NCBI RefSeq assembly: GCF_036321535.1
Contig: NC_087447.1
Coordinates: 47,680,001 to 47,744,000 of the forward strand
DNA length: 64,000 nucleotides
DNA from: Camelus dromedarius
Lineage: Eukaryota
Direction of reading: 5' to 3'
Of the stretch, positions 1 through 13,710 are shown piece after piece. Below the pieces are notes generated by a model. It saw nothing but the letters and a program-made list of their open reading frames with translations. It was not told where the DNA came from and ran no database searches. Positions within the stretch are counted from its first letter, which is position 1; the number at the start of each line of letters is the position of its first letter. The position numbers and the translations under genes were made by a program.

Positions 1-1880
1 ATCTGGGAGAAGAGAAGCACAGATAGGTAAGCTCTACAATCAATTTGCCTTTTTCCTTTGGGCAGGTGTTGAATCATGGCACAAAGAAGTAGGATATAAA
101 CAGAAAGTGGTTTTTTTCACTAGACTGTGGAAACAGAGGTTGGAGTTTGAGGATGCTGAAAGAGTAGGAACTTGAAAGGCTAGATCTTGAAAGAAGGGTA
201 CTACAGAGAAGTAAGCCCAAAAATCTGTATGCAATTTCCCCCTAAGTCATCAATTGACTTCTAAATGGCATGTATGGGGTGAAACTCCAAGAAATTCAGG
301 AAAGAACAGTAACTGAAAGGCTAATGAGCTGAACAGTTAACAGAGGATCAGAGCAGCTACAGGATGTTGAGAAGACAAAGGCTGGAGTCTAAGTCTTGTC
401 AGAGCAGAAAGGCTTTGGTAAGCACCCCATACTTTCAGTTAAGATCCCAGGAATAGGGACAAAAGTGAAACAGATCAGCCCTAAAAAGCCTAAAACCAGA
501 CCCTAATAGAATCAAGGAGATCTGATAGGATTCTGTCTACCTGTCAGAAAACTTAACTCTCTTTGGAAATAGAAAACATCTTCCAGAGCCTCTACAATTT
601 TTCACCACAATGTCCAGCACTGTGATGCCTACTAAAACAGTAGTCTCAAATAACCAAAACAAAAGAAACAAAATACCCCAGTAAACAATAAAAAGAGGTG
701 AACAGTGGTTCAGATAGTGGAATTATAAAACAGAGACTAGAAGCAACATATTTAAGAGGATAAAGACAAACCATGGAGAGTTGCACCAGAAGCGTGGACT
801 GTATTTTTAAAAAATCAAATAAAAATTCTACAACTGAAAATTACACTAAGATTCCAAAAGATAAGTTTTAAAAGCAGATTAGAAATAGCAGAACAGCACT
901 GTAGTACTATTTACAATAGCCAAGACATGGAAATAACCCAAATGCCCAACAACAGATGATTTCATTTAAGAAGATCTGGTATATATACAATGGAATACTA
1001 CTCAGCCATAAAAAATAATGAAATATTGCCATTTGCAGCAACATGGATGGACCTAGAGAATATCATACTAAGTGAAATAAGTCAGATAGAGAAAGACAGA
1101 TATTATATGCTATCACTTATATGTAGAATCTGAAAAAATAATATAAATAAATCTATATACAAAATAGGAACAGACTCACAGACATAGAAAACAAATTTAT
1201 GTTAATAAAGGGGAAAGGGATGGGAGGAGGGATAAATTATAAGTATGGGATTAACAGATACAAATTACTATACATAAAATAGATAAGCCACAAGGATTTA
1301 CTGTATAGCACAGGTAACTATATTCAATATCTTATAATACCTTATAATGAAAATAATCTAAAAATATATAAATAACTAAATTACTTTGCTGTACCCCTGA
1401 AACTAACACAATATTATAAATCAATTCTACTTCAATAAAATAAAATTTAAAAAACAAATAAAATTTTAAAAAATAGCAGAACAGAGTATTAATCAGCCTC
1501 AAGATATCGCTAAAGCACAGAGAAGTACAGAGTACACTAGACTGATCTACAGAGAGAAAAAAGGGTATTAATACAGAAAATTGAAAAGAAGTGCAAAATA
1601 CACAGAGTCAAAAGTTCTAACAGCACAAAAGCCATAATGGGGGTATAAATGGATTACACTATTAAGACATTTTTATATTGTTCATAAGGTGGTAAAACAC
1701 TAATTCACAGTAGACTTTCATAAGCTAATTTAGAGTAAAGTCTGAAGAGAAGTAACAGTACCAATTCAAGGTAAACTGTAATAAGTTAGGGAGGCACACT
1801 GGAATGTCTAAGGTAATTAACTAAAAGAATAACAAGATTTTAAAATTAGAAAACTAACAGTGGAAAAAGCTGATAATAAA
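1..1880 (+). mobile_element. Old, highly decayed L1 5'/ORF1-region fragment, split by the younger L1 at 897-1470
   Basis: ORF1-like A-rich text (aaaaattctacaactgaaaa...aagcagattagaaatagcagaa) resumes after the TSD at 1471. Confidence 0.45.
897..1470 (+). mobile_element. 5'-truncated L1 (ORF2 end + 3'UTR + A-tail), lineage-type, with 14-bp TSD
   Basis: L1 3' motifs (tttacaatagccaagacatgg, caatggaatactactcagccataaaaa) and A-rich tail. TSD aaatagcagaacag at 883-896 and 1471-1484. Confidence 0.9.
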
Positions 1881-1888
1881 AAGTATAA

Positions 1889-2660
1889 GATTGCTCAATG
1901 TCACTAATCATCAGGGAAATTGCAAATCAACAACCACACTGAGCTGTTACTTCACATCTGTTAGGATGGTTATTACCAAAAAAACAAATGACAACAAGCA
2001 TTGGCAAAGTTTTGGGGAAACTAGAATACTTGTGCACTGTTGGTGGGAATGCAAAATGGTGCAGCTGTCATGGAAAACAATATAGTGGTTTCTCAAAGAA
2101 TTAAAAATAGAAGTACCATATGATCCAGCAATTCCACTTCTAGGTATTTATACAAAAGAAGTGAAATCAGGATCTTGAAGTGGTTTTAGCACTCCCATGT
2201 TCAAAGCAGTATTATTCACAAAAGTCAAAATGTGGGAACAACCAGAATGTGGATCAATGCATGAATGTATTAAAAAATGTGGTACATACACACGATGGAA
2301 TATTATTCAGCCTTAAAAAGGATATGCAATATGCAATAACATGGATGAAGCAGAGGACACTATACTTAGGGAAATAAGCCAGTCACAGAAGGACAAGTAT
2401 TACATGATGCCATTTACATTTACAGTCAAACTCATGGAAGCAAAGAACAGAATTGTGGTTCACAGGGAATGTAAAAAGAGGAAAGAGGGAGTTGCAAATC
2501 AACATGTACAAAATTTCAGCTGTACAAAATGAGTAAAAGTTCTAGAGATCGCTGTACAACATTCTGCCTATAGATAACAATACTATAGTGCACACTTAAA
2601 AAGTCTATTGAGTATAGATCTCATGTTAAGTGTTCTTATTACCCTAAAATAAAAAAGAAG
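1889..2660 (+). mobile_element. L1MA/L1MB-type 3' fragment
   Basis: cactaatcatcagggaaattgcaaatc, tgatccagcaattccacttctaggta, and 3'UTR gttctagagatc...gatctcatgttaagtgttctt followed by an A-rich tail. Confidence 0.85.
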
Positions 2661-2799
2661 AAAAGAAAAAAAACACAAGATTAATCCAAAAGAGGCAAAA
2701 AAAAAAAAAAAAGTGGGAGGAAGAATTGGAAAAGCAAAGGAACAAGTACAGATGACTTCTGATCCTATGTGGAGTCAATTTGTTATAAAGTTTGGGAAA

Positions 2800-3270
2800 T
2801 ACAATTATAGAAGCCAATTGTTGTGCTATGTGTTGCTTCTGCTTGCTCCTTTGGGAACTTACCTCAACTTTCCTTTGGAGAATCATCTTTCCCCATTTTT
2901 TAGTCCATGTGGTTTACATGAGGACTGTAACCTCTACAACCCAAGATAAGCCAATGAGCCCCAATTTGTTAGTTTTGTTGGACTTTTGGCAAAGTGGAAA
3001 ATGTGGGATTGCTAGCGGTAAGATTTATAAATCTGGCACTTTGGGGGCCATCACGTGGAGAGAGCTGCTAAAGACTGAAGCCATTGGGGAAAGCAGAGCT
3101 AATGGATGGGAATAAAGACTGAATTCTAATACCATTTGAGCACCTGGATCCATCTCTGCTTGGGTTCCATCTATGCAGAAATTTCTAGTTATATAAGCTA
3201 ATACACCTCCTTCTTGGCTTAAGCCAGTTTAGAGTAAGTTTCTGTCATCTATACTTTCAGAGTCCTGACA
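2800..3270 (+). mobile_element. Old MaLR (MLT1-type) LTR remnant
   Basis: MLT1-like 3' end: ccatttgagcacctggatcca...ttaagccagtttagagtaagtttctgtca...tcctgaca. Confidence 0.6.
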
Positions 3271-4742
3271 GGTACACTCAATATGTTCTTAGTACTTAAC
3301 GACTGCTTAGATAAAACATAAACATCATTATTATCAGCTATAATATAAAGCAAGTTAATTTACAAATATGAGCACTTGTCAAATCTCACCAAACATTCGT
3401 TGCCCAAGAATGTCGGTTAATTTCAGGCTGAGAAGAATACAAATAGCTACTTCTTTCAAAATATTCTGATATTGAGAAAGGTAGAATTTTCCAATAATTC
3501 AATTAGATTTAGTGAATGCACTGGCTATCTGAAACATCGTTTTTCCTCCCATCTAGGAAGTTACACTAGTATTAATTCACTACCCCATCTCCCACCCTTT
3601 CTCTGCATGCATGGATAGATATACACACACATACATACACACAGACAACATATTTTCTTCCAACTGGAAAGCATTGTTTGGTCAGTGGTCATGTAGCTTA
3701 TTCACCATGTTTGTTGTGAAAGAGGTAATTTTGAGCAAAGATAAAACAAAGGCATTCTTATATAAATATGTTAAAACCCACGAATATTACATGAATGCTC
3801 AATAGAGATTAAAATTTTACGTACACACAATACAGATTTAACATATTGATTTCATGCTACTAAAATTATCTTTGGCAAACAAGAAAGATTAGTTTTTTTA
3901 GTTTTTGTTTATAAAAATGTAGTGAAAATCCAAATGACAATTAGAATCAAAATATTTGATATTTGTTTGGATGGCTTGTGAAATATTTCCTTAAATAATT
4001 ACTTTAATATTTTCTAAAGTATTAATGCTTCCATAAGAAAAATTTAATTATTTATTAGGCATCATGATAATCTCTATTTTTGTAACTACTTCCAAAAAGG
4101 ATACAATTCAATCACTTACTTTCAACAGCAAGCTTTTCATAAAAATCACATTTAATATGATTTTTTCTATGAATTTAAAAAATTCTGTAAAATCAAAGAA
4201 AGATCTATTTAAAAACTTTTATCTTACGTAACCTATATAATTAAACTTTAGAGTACACCATTTTTGGCAATAAGTTTGCTATATATGATCAAAATGTGTC
4301 AACTTCCTTTAATATTATGCAAAATGGGTCAAGTTGAAACTAAGACAAATTTTCTCAAGACTTAGTAGGATTAGTAATATTGTAACTATTTTAACATACA
4401 CCAAACTATACCAATATTACGAAGCTAAGTAGATCTATTTACTTGAGTTAAGCTGAAAACTGGCATTTGTAAAATGTGTTTACTGAGCTTTCAGAATGTC
4501 CACAGATTCAAACTACACTCACCTTTGTCAGTTAATAACATATAGTAGTTAGAGGGAACGTGTGGAAATCAGAAAGTTCTAGTAACATGCTGAAATAAGA
4601 AAACCCATGTGGAAATCACAAACATTTAGACCATAAAGAAAAATTTTAACTGTTAAATGCAATTTTACATAATTTTGCATATTATAAATGTAGTAGTGAG
4701 ATATAAAAATGCATACAGGAAAAGAACAAATAGAAACAATAC

Positions 4743-4887
4743 CCTTTTTAGTTGCTGTTCTTTTAAGCTTCTCACTGTCCTTGCAGGCTCAGAAATGAAG
4801 TTTTTATAGTTTTCACATATATTGATCCGAGACTGGGCTACCTGCATTGTTCCCTCGAGAAAAGATTTCCAAACAGGATACATGCTC
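4743..4887 (-). CDS. FCHSD2: FCHSD2 internal coding exon (probably exon 5), 145 nt: (R)SMYPVWKSFLEGTMQVAQSRINICENYKNFISEPARTVRSLKEQQLKR
   Basis: Minus strand ctttgaatttag|GAGCATGTAT...CTAAAAAGG|gtattg. Overlaps ORF 4665..4883. Phase 2 in, phase 0 out. Confidence 0.97.
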
Positions 4888-5259
4888 CTAAATTCAAAGA
4901 GGGACAGAAAGTATTAGACAGAGAAAAGGAAGACAAAGTTGCCTAACCTTATGCTCACTGGTTAGTACTGACAAGCAGAACGAATGTTTTCTTTATAATT
5001 AAAAGTGTATTTATATTGATTCATAGGTAGTAATTTTTAACAAGTAGAAACATGGCATACACTCTATTCCTCTATAGCTTGGCAGTGGACTGTTTTGACT
5101 CATCAGCTATTCTTGATACTGGACTAAAGTGATACAAGAATTACAATTTTAGACAAAGCTAACACTATAAAGATTGGTGAATAATTCAGACTGTCCGGGT
5201 CTTTCACTTTTTCAGGATCATCGTTATGAATATCAAATTTCATTATTTCATTAAAGTAT

Positions 5260-5345
5260 TTCCCTTATTTTACAGATGAGGTGACTGAGGCTCAGAGAGA
5301 TTTAGAGAATCACTCTAGATCACACAAGAATGTGGTAGTACTGAG
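5260..5345 (-). mobile_element. MIR SINE fragment
   Basis: Core motif cccttattttacagatgaggtgactgaggctcagagag. Confidence 0.75.
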
Positions 5346-6629
5346 ATACAGATGAAGGTTGGGTATCTCTAAAGTATATTTTCTTTCAACTATATAATTT
5401 TGCTCTGTTACATAAACTGATGTGGCTGAAAAAATAAGTCAAGAACAATTGTTAATGTGCTTGCGAAATCTATTTGTCAGACAAAAGAAGTCTACAGCAT
5501 CAATACTCTACATCTGTTTCTCTGTTGTTGTAATAATGCTTACCCAGCATCAAACTGTGACTTGGAGTCATTCCAAGCAAGTCCCATCACCTTTGCTTGA
5601 TAAATGTGCTCTTAGCAATCTTTCAGCAAAGTCAAAGAATGATTTATCCTTTACTTTCTGTAGCCAACTTCCTTTTCAAACCTTCTTTTCTGTTTTGCTA
5701 AATGCCTGAGTCAGTTCTAATATGCTCTTATAATAGTTATAAACATATTTTATAACTTATCACAACAATGAATGGTATTTTGTTTTTAAAAAGAGATATT
5801 TGCCCTGAAGATTATAATAGTCATCTCCCTAAGATTTTCCTTCTTGTGTCATGTGGATTTCCTACTATAGCAATGTGTGAAACCATGTGCTACATAAAAT
5901 GCCAGCTGTGGGTCAGTAGATGACAGCAGGAAAACAAGAAAAAGAAAAATTGCCTGGGTCTCCAGCCTACTTGAAACTAAAAAAACTTGCAACTGTATTT
6001 TTCAACCAAGGAAATGACCAGTTTGTGTAATGGATTAGTAGTTTGTGTAATTCACCAAATGTATCAGTTTAGATGGAAATATTCACTTATTTAAGCAGAG
6101 GTATGTTACTTTCCCTTTGGAAAAAAGATCTAGTCTGTTGTGTCAGCAAAAACTGTCAGCATAAAAGCAGCGATGGACTTACGAACAGTAAAATAAACAT
6201 GAGATAATAAATAACTAAACCTACTATGACAGTAATTTCACAATATATGTAAATCAAACTATCATGCTATACACCTTAAACTTATACAGTGATGTCAATT
6301 GTTTTTCAGTAAGACTGGGAAAAAAAGAACAGCAAAATTAATGGCCTTACTGCATGACTACCAATGAAATCTAGAATGTAAACTCACCACAGGAGAGCTT
6401 CTAAGTGGTCCAAATAATTTATTTTCTTAGAGAATGCACTGAGAGAAAAATTCACTACCACGCTTTGTAACTATTAACTTATACTTGAAATACATTTTAA
6501 AATCATAATGAAAATGAGAAACAACCATTATGAACTTTAATCCAAAGGAAGGAGTGAAGGAAGAGCAGAACGAGGGGAATAAGGAAGAAGCCCTTCATCC
6601 ATGCTATCCCCTTCAGCAGCACCCTCTTT

Positions 6630-6975
6630 CCTTTTACTCCTTCACCTAGTTGATTGCTGATCATCCTTCAAATCTCAGCTTTAATGTAACTTCCTTAGGG
6701 AAATCTCATGATCACCACCACGTCAATGCACAGACTCAGTCAAGGCCGTCTCAGTTACTTGTTCACACGGCTCTAGCACTTTTCTTTCAATTGTAAATAT
6801 TTTTATATAATTGTTAGTTAATGTCTGTCCCTCTTACTATAGTGGAAATTTCATGAAGACAGGGGTGTCTTTCTCACTATTGTATTCCCAGGGCCTAGGA
6901 CACAGTCTAACATTTAGAAAGGTTATAATAAGAATGTGTTGAATGAAGAAAGTGAATGAATGGATGTATGAATAA
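6630..6975 (+). mobile_element. L2 3' end
   Basis: tcatccttcaaatctcagc...tgtattcccagggcctaggacacagt...tgttgaatgaagaaagtgaatgaatgg; typical L2 (TGAA)n terminus. Confidence 0.75.
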
Positions 6976-7109
6976 ATTATGAGGACTATAAAATAAAAGG
7001 GAAAATCCTTTCATTATAGAATTTAAAAAGAGACCTTTAGAGATTATTAGACAAATAGCAGGCAAACATATACTCAACAATGAGACACCATGATAAGCAC
7101 AAAATTCAG

Positions 7110-7740
7110 TTAACTGTCAGTCAGAAGACCTGGATTCAAGTTCTAGTTAACCAATATAATCATATGTAGCACACCTCACCATACTTCCATTTCTTCAATT
7201 GGCAAATGGAAAAATAGCAAAAAATACCAGCACCATGTAGCTTACAGGGCTATTTTAACAATTAAATGCAAGTGATATGAAAATCCTTACCACAGAGATT
7301 CTTGAAATGAATAAATAGTAATAGTCACAGAATTGCAGAAGAAATAGAAATACTTCTATTAACATAATAGTGATAGTTCCAGTAGTAGTGGTATTTCTCA
7401 TCCCAATTGAAGAAAGATAATAATGGGTCATAGAGTGATTTTTTAAAAATTTTATTTCACTAGGCTTCACATATACAATTTTGAAGCATAAGGAAAAGTA
7501 TCAAGCATTTATGGTATTTTGCTATTCTGCTCAGGTCAGGAAATGAGGCTGAAAATTATAAAAGAAAGGAAGGAAATTCTTTTAAGAACCTATCACATGA
7601 TAGGCACTATATCATGTATTTTACATTTATCATATCATTTAATTCTCATGACAACTTTGTAAAATAGGCATTATCCCCATTTTGTAGAGTAGAAAAGTAA
7701 GGCTCAGAGAGGTTGTGAAATTTTTCTACAGCTATTCACC
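7110..7740. mobile_element. Two MIR fragments in opposite orientations (~7110-7300 +, ~7570-7740 -)
   Basis: gtcagaagacctggattcaagttc and ggcattatccccattttgtagag...aaggctcagagaggtt. Confidence 0.65.
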
Positions 7741-7744
7741 AGGA

Positions 7745-9741
7745 AACAGCACTCTTATGGTCATAACCTAGACTTTGCCATTATCAATAACTACTCCTCT
7801 GCTCTAATCCCAATTTAATCATCTAATCTATGACTAACACCTCCTATTTCCACTCACTTCCTTTAGGATTCTCACTCTACAATTACTCAACCCGATCAGA
7901 GCCCATGATCCATTTGATCCTACCTTCCTATACGGTCTCTTACTCCCTCTCATAATCTTCCTTTACAGCTCCTTACCCAGCCTAGATTTCATGGTCCACA
8001 ATTATAATCACCTCGTATGTACACCCTATTATCCTTGCCTACTCTCTTTCCATCATTATGGAAAACCCAAAACCTTGGTTAAATCCAAAATTCTGTTTAC
8101 ACCATATCAAAGTCTGTGCAACAGAACAATGCTGGAGAAATCAATAATCATGCTGCCTGGTTTCACTTTAAATTGACGTCACATAAATTCTAGTCACCCC
8201 CCTTGGGTGCTACCCAGCAATCTTACTACATTCCCCTAACTCACTTATTCTCTTGCTCCTCTAAATAATTATCTCCCACCTTCTCCTCTCATCTCAAACC
8301 TCTAATATGACCCCACTTTCAGCTGACAATAAAGATAAAAGACAATGTCCACATGCTCCCACCATACCTATCTATCTATCTGCCTCTGCACCCATACACT
8401 CAGCCATCCCTCCTTTTACTCTGATAAATTAACCTTGTTCTGAAGGCCAATCCTTTGCATTTATACTATACTATATAATCTCTCACTCAAGAATAGCAAT
8501 TCAGTAATTGTGCTTTTTCCTACAATACCAATTTTTCCACCTCTACAGGGTTATTCTCATGAGCATATAAAAATGCAATAATATCTCCCATATAAAAAAA
8601 ACCTTCCATCAACCCTCCATTTCTTTCTAGCCTCCATTTCTTTCTAGCTACCACCCCAATGTCTGTTCCCTTTAACAGCAAAACTCATTGAAAGAACCGT
8701 CTAAAATTACTGTTTCCACTTACTCTCCTCCTGGTCTCCCTTGATTCAATTCAAATAAGGCTTTAACATTCACCATTCTGAAATTACTTGTCGCAACCAC
8801 CAAAAATCTCCCTTTAGCTAATCCCAATAGTCAAATTCAGGTTTGGGGCCTATTATTCAATTAGTCAGGAGCACTGACCAAGTTTATCCTTCTTGAAATG
8901 CTTTCTTCACTTGGCTTCCAGGACATCACTCTTCTTGGTCTCCTCTTACCCCACTAGCCACAGTTTAGTCTCCTCTGCTGCTTCCTCTCCATCTCATTGC
9001 CCCATGAATGCTGGAGTGTTTGCACAGTCAGCTTCTTTTCTGTAACTACATATTCACTCTTTGGACATACTCATCCAGTCTCCTGGCTTTAAATAATGTC
9101 AATATGCTGACTATTCCTGAATTTTTAATTCAGACATCTTCCCTAACCCCTCCCTATCCAACTTGGATATTTAGTAGGCAACTTAAAACTAACATGCTCA
9201 AAACCAAATTCTTGATTTCCCTAAAATCAATTCTGATCATCTATTTCATCTCATTGACAGTTACTCAAACCTTCCAATTGCTCAAGCCAAAACCCCTAGA
9301 GTCATTGATTCCTCCTTTTTCTCTCACATTCCACATCTGATCCAGTAAGAAATATGGTTCACTAGACTTTAAAAATATAATGGAATTTGATTACTGCCTA
9401 TCTCTTCCACAGCTACTACCCTGCTTTCAGCCACCACTATCTTGTGTCTAAATTACTGTAATTGCCTAAATGACCTCTCTTTGTTTTTGTTCTTATCTCC
9501 CCACATTCTATGCTCTATACAGTACAGCCCTTGCAGTGCCAGCCACTTCTTGGTGGTCAGTATTCTTCTCACTATGCTTACTGTCCTTATTACCAACTGA
9601 CATGTTTAATTACTCATATGTCTATTGTCTTGTCTTCTATCACTAGAAAGAAGGCTCCATGAAGTAGAAGCTTTGTTTTATTCACTCGTGTATCCTCACT
9701 ACCTAGAACAGGGTCTGGGTAGTGCCAGTAGGCACTCAATA
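7745..9741 (+). mobile_element. Long L2 (L2a-like) ORF2-to-3' fragment
   Basis: C/T-rich L2 text (cttcttgaaatgctttcttcacttggcttccagg, cttaaaactaacatgctcaaaacc) ending gtaggcactcaata. Contains a 17-bp tandem duplication at 8614-8647. Confidence 0.8.
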
Positions 9742-12700
9742 GTACACAGTCTAACTAGTCCATCTGGTATGATGTATCATTTAAGGCCTGTATTTCCTTA
9801 CTGATTTTCTATCTGGATGATTCCATCCCAAAGCAGCAGAAAACACATTATTCTTAAGTACACGTGAAACGTTCTCCAGGATATATCACATGCTGGGCCA
9901 CAAAACAAGCCTCAGTAAACTTAAGAAAACTGCAATCATATTAAGTATCTTTTCTGACCACACACTATGACATTAAGATTCAACTACAAGAAAAAAACGC
10001 CAAAAATACAAACATATGGAGGCTAAACATACTACTAAACAACCAATAGATACTGAAGAAATAAAAAAAAAAATACCTAGAGACAAACCAAAATGAAAAC
10101 ACAATGATCCAAAACTTGTGGGACTTGGCAAAAGCAGCTCTAAGAGGGAAGTTTATAGTGATACATGCTTACCTCAGGAAATAAGAAAAATCTCAAAACA
10201 ACCTAACCTTAAGCCTAAAGCAACCAGAGAAAGAAAAACAAACAAAACCCAAAGTTAGTAGAAGGAAAGAAATCATAAAGATCAGAGCAGAAATAAATTA
10301 AACAGGGGCTTAAAAAAAAAAAAACCAGAAAAGATCAATGAAATTAAAAGCTGGTTCTTTGAAAAGATAAACAAAATTCATGAACCTTTAGCCAGACTCA
10401 TCAAGAAAAAAAGAGAGGGCCTAAATCAATAAAATCAGAAACAAAAAAGAAGTTACAACTGACACCACAGAAATACAAAGGACCATAAAAGACTATTATG
10501 AGCAACTATATGCCAGTAAAACGGACAACCTAGAAGAAATGGACAAATTCGTAGAAAGGCACAATCTACAAAACTGAACCAGGAAGAAATAGAAAATATG
10601 AACAGACCAATTACTAGTACTGAAATTGAATCAGTAATTAAAAAATTCCCAACTAACAAAAGTCTACAACCAGGTGGCTTTCACAGGTGAATTCTACCAA
10701 ACATTTTAGAGAAGAGTTAACACCAATCCTTCTGAGATGATTCCAAAAATTGCAGAGAAAGGAACACTTCCAAGCTCATTCTATGAGGTCACCATCACCC
10801 TGATACCAAAATCAGACAAAGTTATCACACACACACAAAAATTGCAGGCCAATACCACTGATGAACACAGATGCAAAAATCCTCAATAAAATACTAGCAA
10901 ATCAACTCCAACAATATATTAAAAGGATCATACAACATGATCAAGTGGGATTTATCCCAAGAATGCAAGGATTTTTCAATATCTGCAAATCAATCAGTGT
11001 GATACATTAACAAATTGAAGAATAAAAACCATATGATCATCTCAATAGATGCAGAAAAAGCTTTTGGTAACATTCAACATCCAATTATAATAAAAAACTT
11101 GGCAGAAAGTGGGCAAAGAGGTAACATACTTCAACATAATAAAGCCTATATATGACAAATTCACAGTTTACATCATACTCAGTGATGAAAAACTGAAAGC
11201 ATTTCCTCTAAGATCAGAAATAAGACAAGGATGCCCACTCTCGCCACATTTATTCAACATAGTTTTGGAAGTCTTAGCCACAGCAATAGAGAAGAAAAGG
11301 AAACAAAAGTGATCCAAATTAGAAAAGAAGTAAAACTGTCACTGTTTGCAGATGACAAGATACTATACATAGAAAATTCTAATAAGGCTACCAGAAAACT
11401 ACTAGAGCTCATCAATGAATTTGGTAAAGTTGCAGGACAGAAAATTAGTATATAGAAATCTTTTGCATTTCTAGACACTAACAATGAAGTATCAGCAAAT
11501 GAAATTAAGGAAACATTCTCATTTACCATTACATCAAAAAGAATAAAATACCTAGAAATAAACATACATAGGGAGGTAAAAGACTTGTACTCTGAAAACT
11601 GTAAGACACTGATGAAAGAAAATGAAGACAACACAAACAGATGGAAAGGTATATCATGTTCTTGGACTGGAAGAATCAGTATTGTTAAAATGGCCATGTT
11701 ACCCAAGCCAATTTACAGATTCAATGCAATTCCTATCAAATTACCAATGGCATTTTACACAGAACTGGAAAAAAAGATGTTTAAATTTGTATGGAAATTC
11801 AAAAGAGCCAGAATAGTCAAAATAATCTTGATACAGAAGAACAGAGTGGGAGGAATCACACTCTGACTTCAAACTATACTACAAAGCTACAGTAATCAAA
11901 ACAGAATGGTACTGGCACAAAAACAGATATACAGATCTATGGAACAGGAGAGAAAGCCCAGAAATAGACTAAAGTACTTATGGTCAATTTATGACAAAGG
12001 AGGAAAGAATATACAATGGAGAAAAGACAATCTCTTCAATAAGTGTGCTGGGAAAACTGGACAGCTACATTTCAAAGAGTGAAATTAGAACATTCTCTAA
12101 CACCACATACAAAAATAAACTCAAAATGGATTAAAGACCTAAATGAAGATCTGATACTCTAAAATTCCTAGAGGAAAACATAGGCAAAACACGCTTTGAC
12201 ATAGCCTGCAGCAATCTCTTTTTTGATTTGTCTCCTAGAGTAATGGAAATGAAAGCAAAAATAAGCAAATAGGACCTAATTAAATTTAAAAGCTTTTGCA
12301 CAGCAAAGGAAACCACAAACAAAATGAAAAGACAATCTACAGAATGGGAAAAAAAATATTTGCAAATGATGAGACTGACACAGGATTAATCTGAAAATAT
12401 ACAAACAGCTCACACAGCCCAGTATCAACAACAACAACAAAAAACAACCCAATCAAAAATGGGTGTTAGACTTGAACAGACATTACTCCAAAGAAGACAT
12501 ACAGATGGCCAACAGGCACACTAAAAAGATGCTCAGTATCACTAATTATTAGAGAAATGCAAATCAAAACTACAATGAGGTATCACCTCACACCAGTCAG
12601 AATGGCCATCATTAATAAGTCTACAAATAATAAATGCTGGAGAGGGTGTGGAGAAAAAGGAACTCTCCTATAACTGTTGGTGGGAATATAAACTGGTGCA

Positions 12701-13410
12701 GCCACTATGGAGAACAGTACAGAGGTTCCTTAAAAAACTAAAAATAGAGTTACCATATGATCCAGTAATCCCACTCCTGGGCATATATTCAGAGAAAAGT
12801 CTTAACTCAGAAAGATACATGTACCACAAGGTTCATAGCAGCACTAATTACAATAGCCAAGACATGGAAACAAGCTCAATGCCCATCAACAGATGAATGG
12901 ATAAGAAAGATGTGATAAATATACACACAATGGAATACTACTCAGCCATAAAAAAGAATGAAATAATGCCATTAGTAGCAACATGGATAGACCTAGATAT
13001 TATTATATTAAGTGAAGTTAAGTCAAACAGAGAAAGACAAATACCATAAGATATCACTTACATGTGGAATCTAAAAAAAATGTGAGACAAATGAACTTAT
13101 TTACAAGCCACAAATAGACTCTCAGACATAGAAAACAAATTATGGTTACCAAAGGGGAAAGGGGTGAGGGGGAGGGATAAATCAGGAGTTTGGGATTAAC
13201 ATATAAACACTAGCATATATAAAATAAATAAACAACAATGACCTACTGCATAGGAGAGCTATATTCAATATCTTGTAATAACCTATAACGGAAAAGAATC
13301 TGAAAAAGGATTAGTATCTGCGTAACTGAATCACTCTGTTATACGCTGAAAACTAACAGAATATTGTAAATCAACTACACTTCAATAAAAATAAATTTTA
13401 AAAAAAGAAA
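9742..13410 (+). mobile_element. ~3.65 kb 5'-truncated L1: late endonuclease region, RT, Cys domain and 3'UTR; frameshifted; 5' inversion at 9742-9820
   Basis: ORF-track fragments carry L1 ORF2 motifs (QGCPLSP, SLFADD, PIKLP, ELPYDP). Multiple stops and frameshifts. Poly(A) signal and tail at ~13384-13410. Confidence 0.95.
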
Positions 13411-13424
13411 ACAAACCAATAAAT

Positions 13425-13710
13425 TTATTCTGACTGTGGTGATGGTCACACAAATCTACACATGCAATAAAACATCATAGAACTTAGTATGCATACACCT
13501 ACATACACATAAGTAATACATGTAAAACGAGTGAGTTCTGAATTAAATTGGTCAATTGTATCAATAACAATTTACTGGTTGTGATACTGTACTATAGTTA
13601 TGTAAGATATTACCACTGGGGGAACTGGGTGAAGAATATAAGATTGCTCTTTGTACTAATTCTAAAAACTGCACATGAACCTAAAATAATTTTTTAGGTA
13701 AAAAAAAAAA
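13425..13710 (+). mobile_element. L1MC-type 3'UTR fragment
   Basis: tgactgtggtgatggtcacac...tggttgtgatactgtactatagttatgtaagat...gggggaactgggtgaag. Confidence 0.7.

Noticed and set aside
9821..13000. Possible active L1 or domesticated reverse transcriptase
   Set aside because: It is 5'-truncated and broken by many stops and frameshifts; the longest plus-strand ORF in the track is 93 aa.
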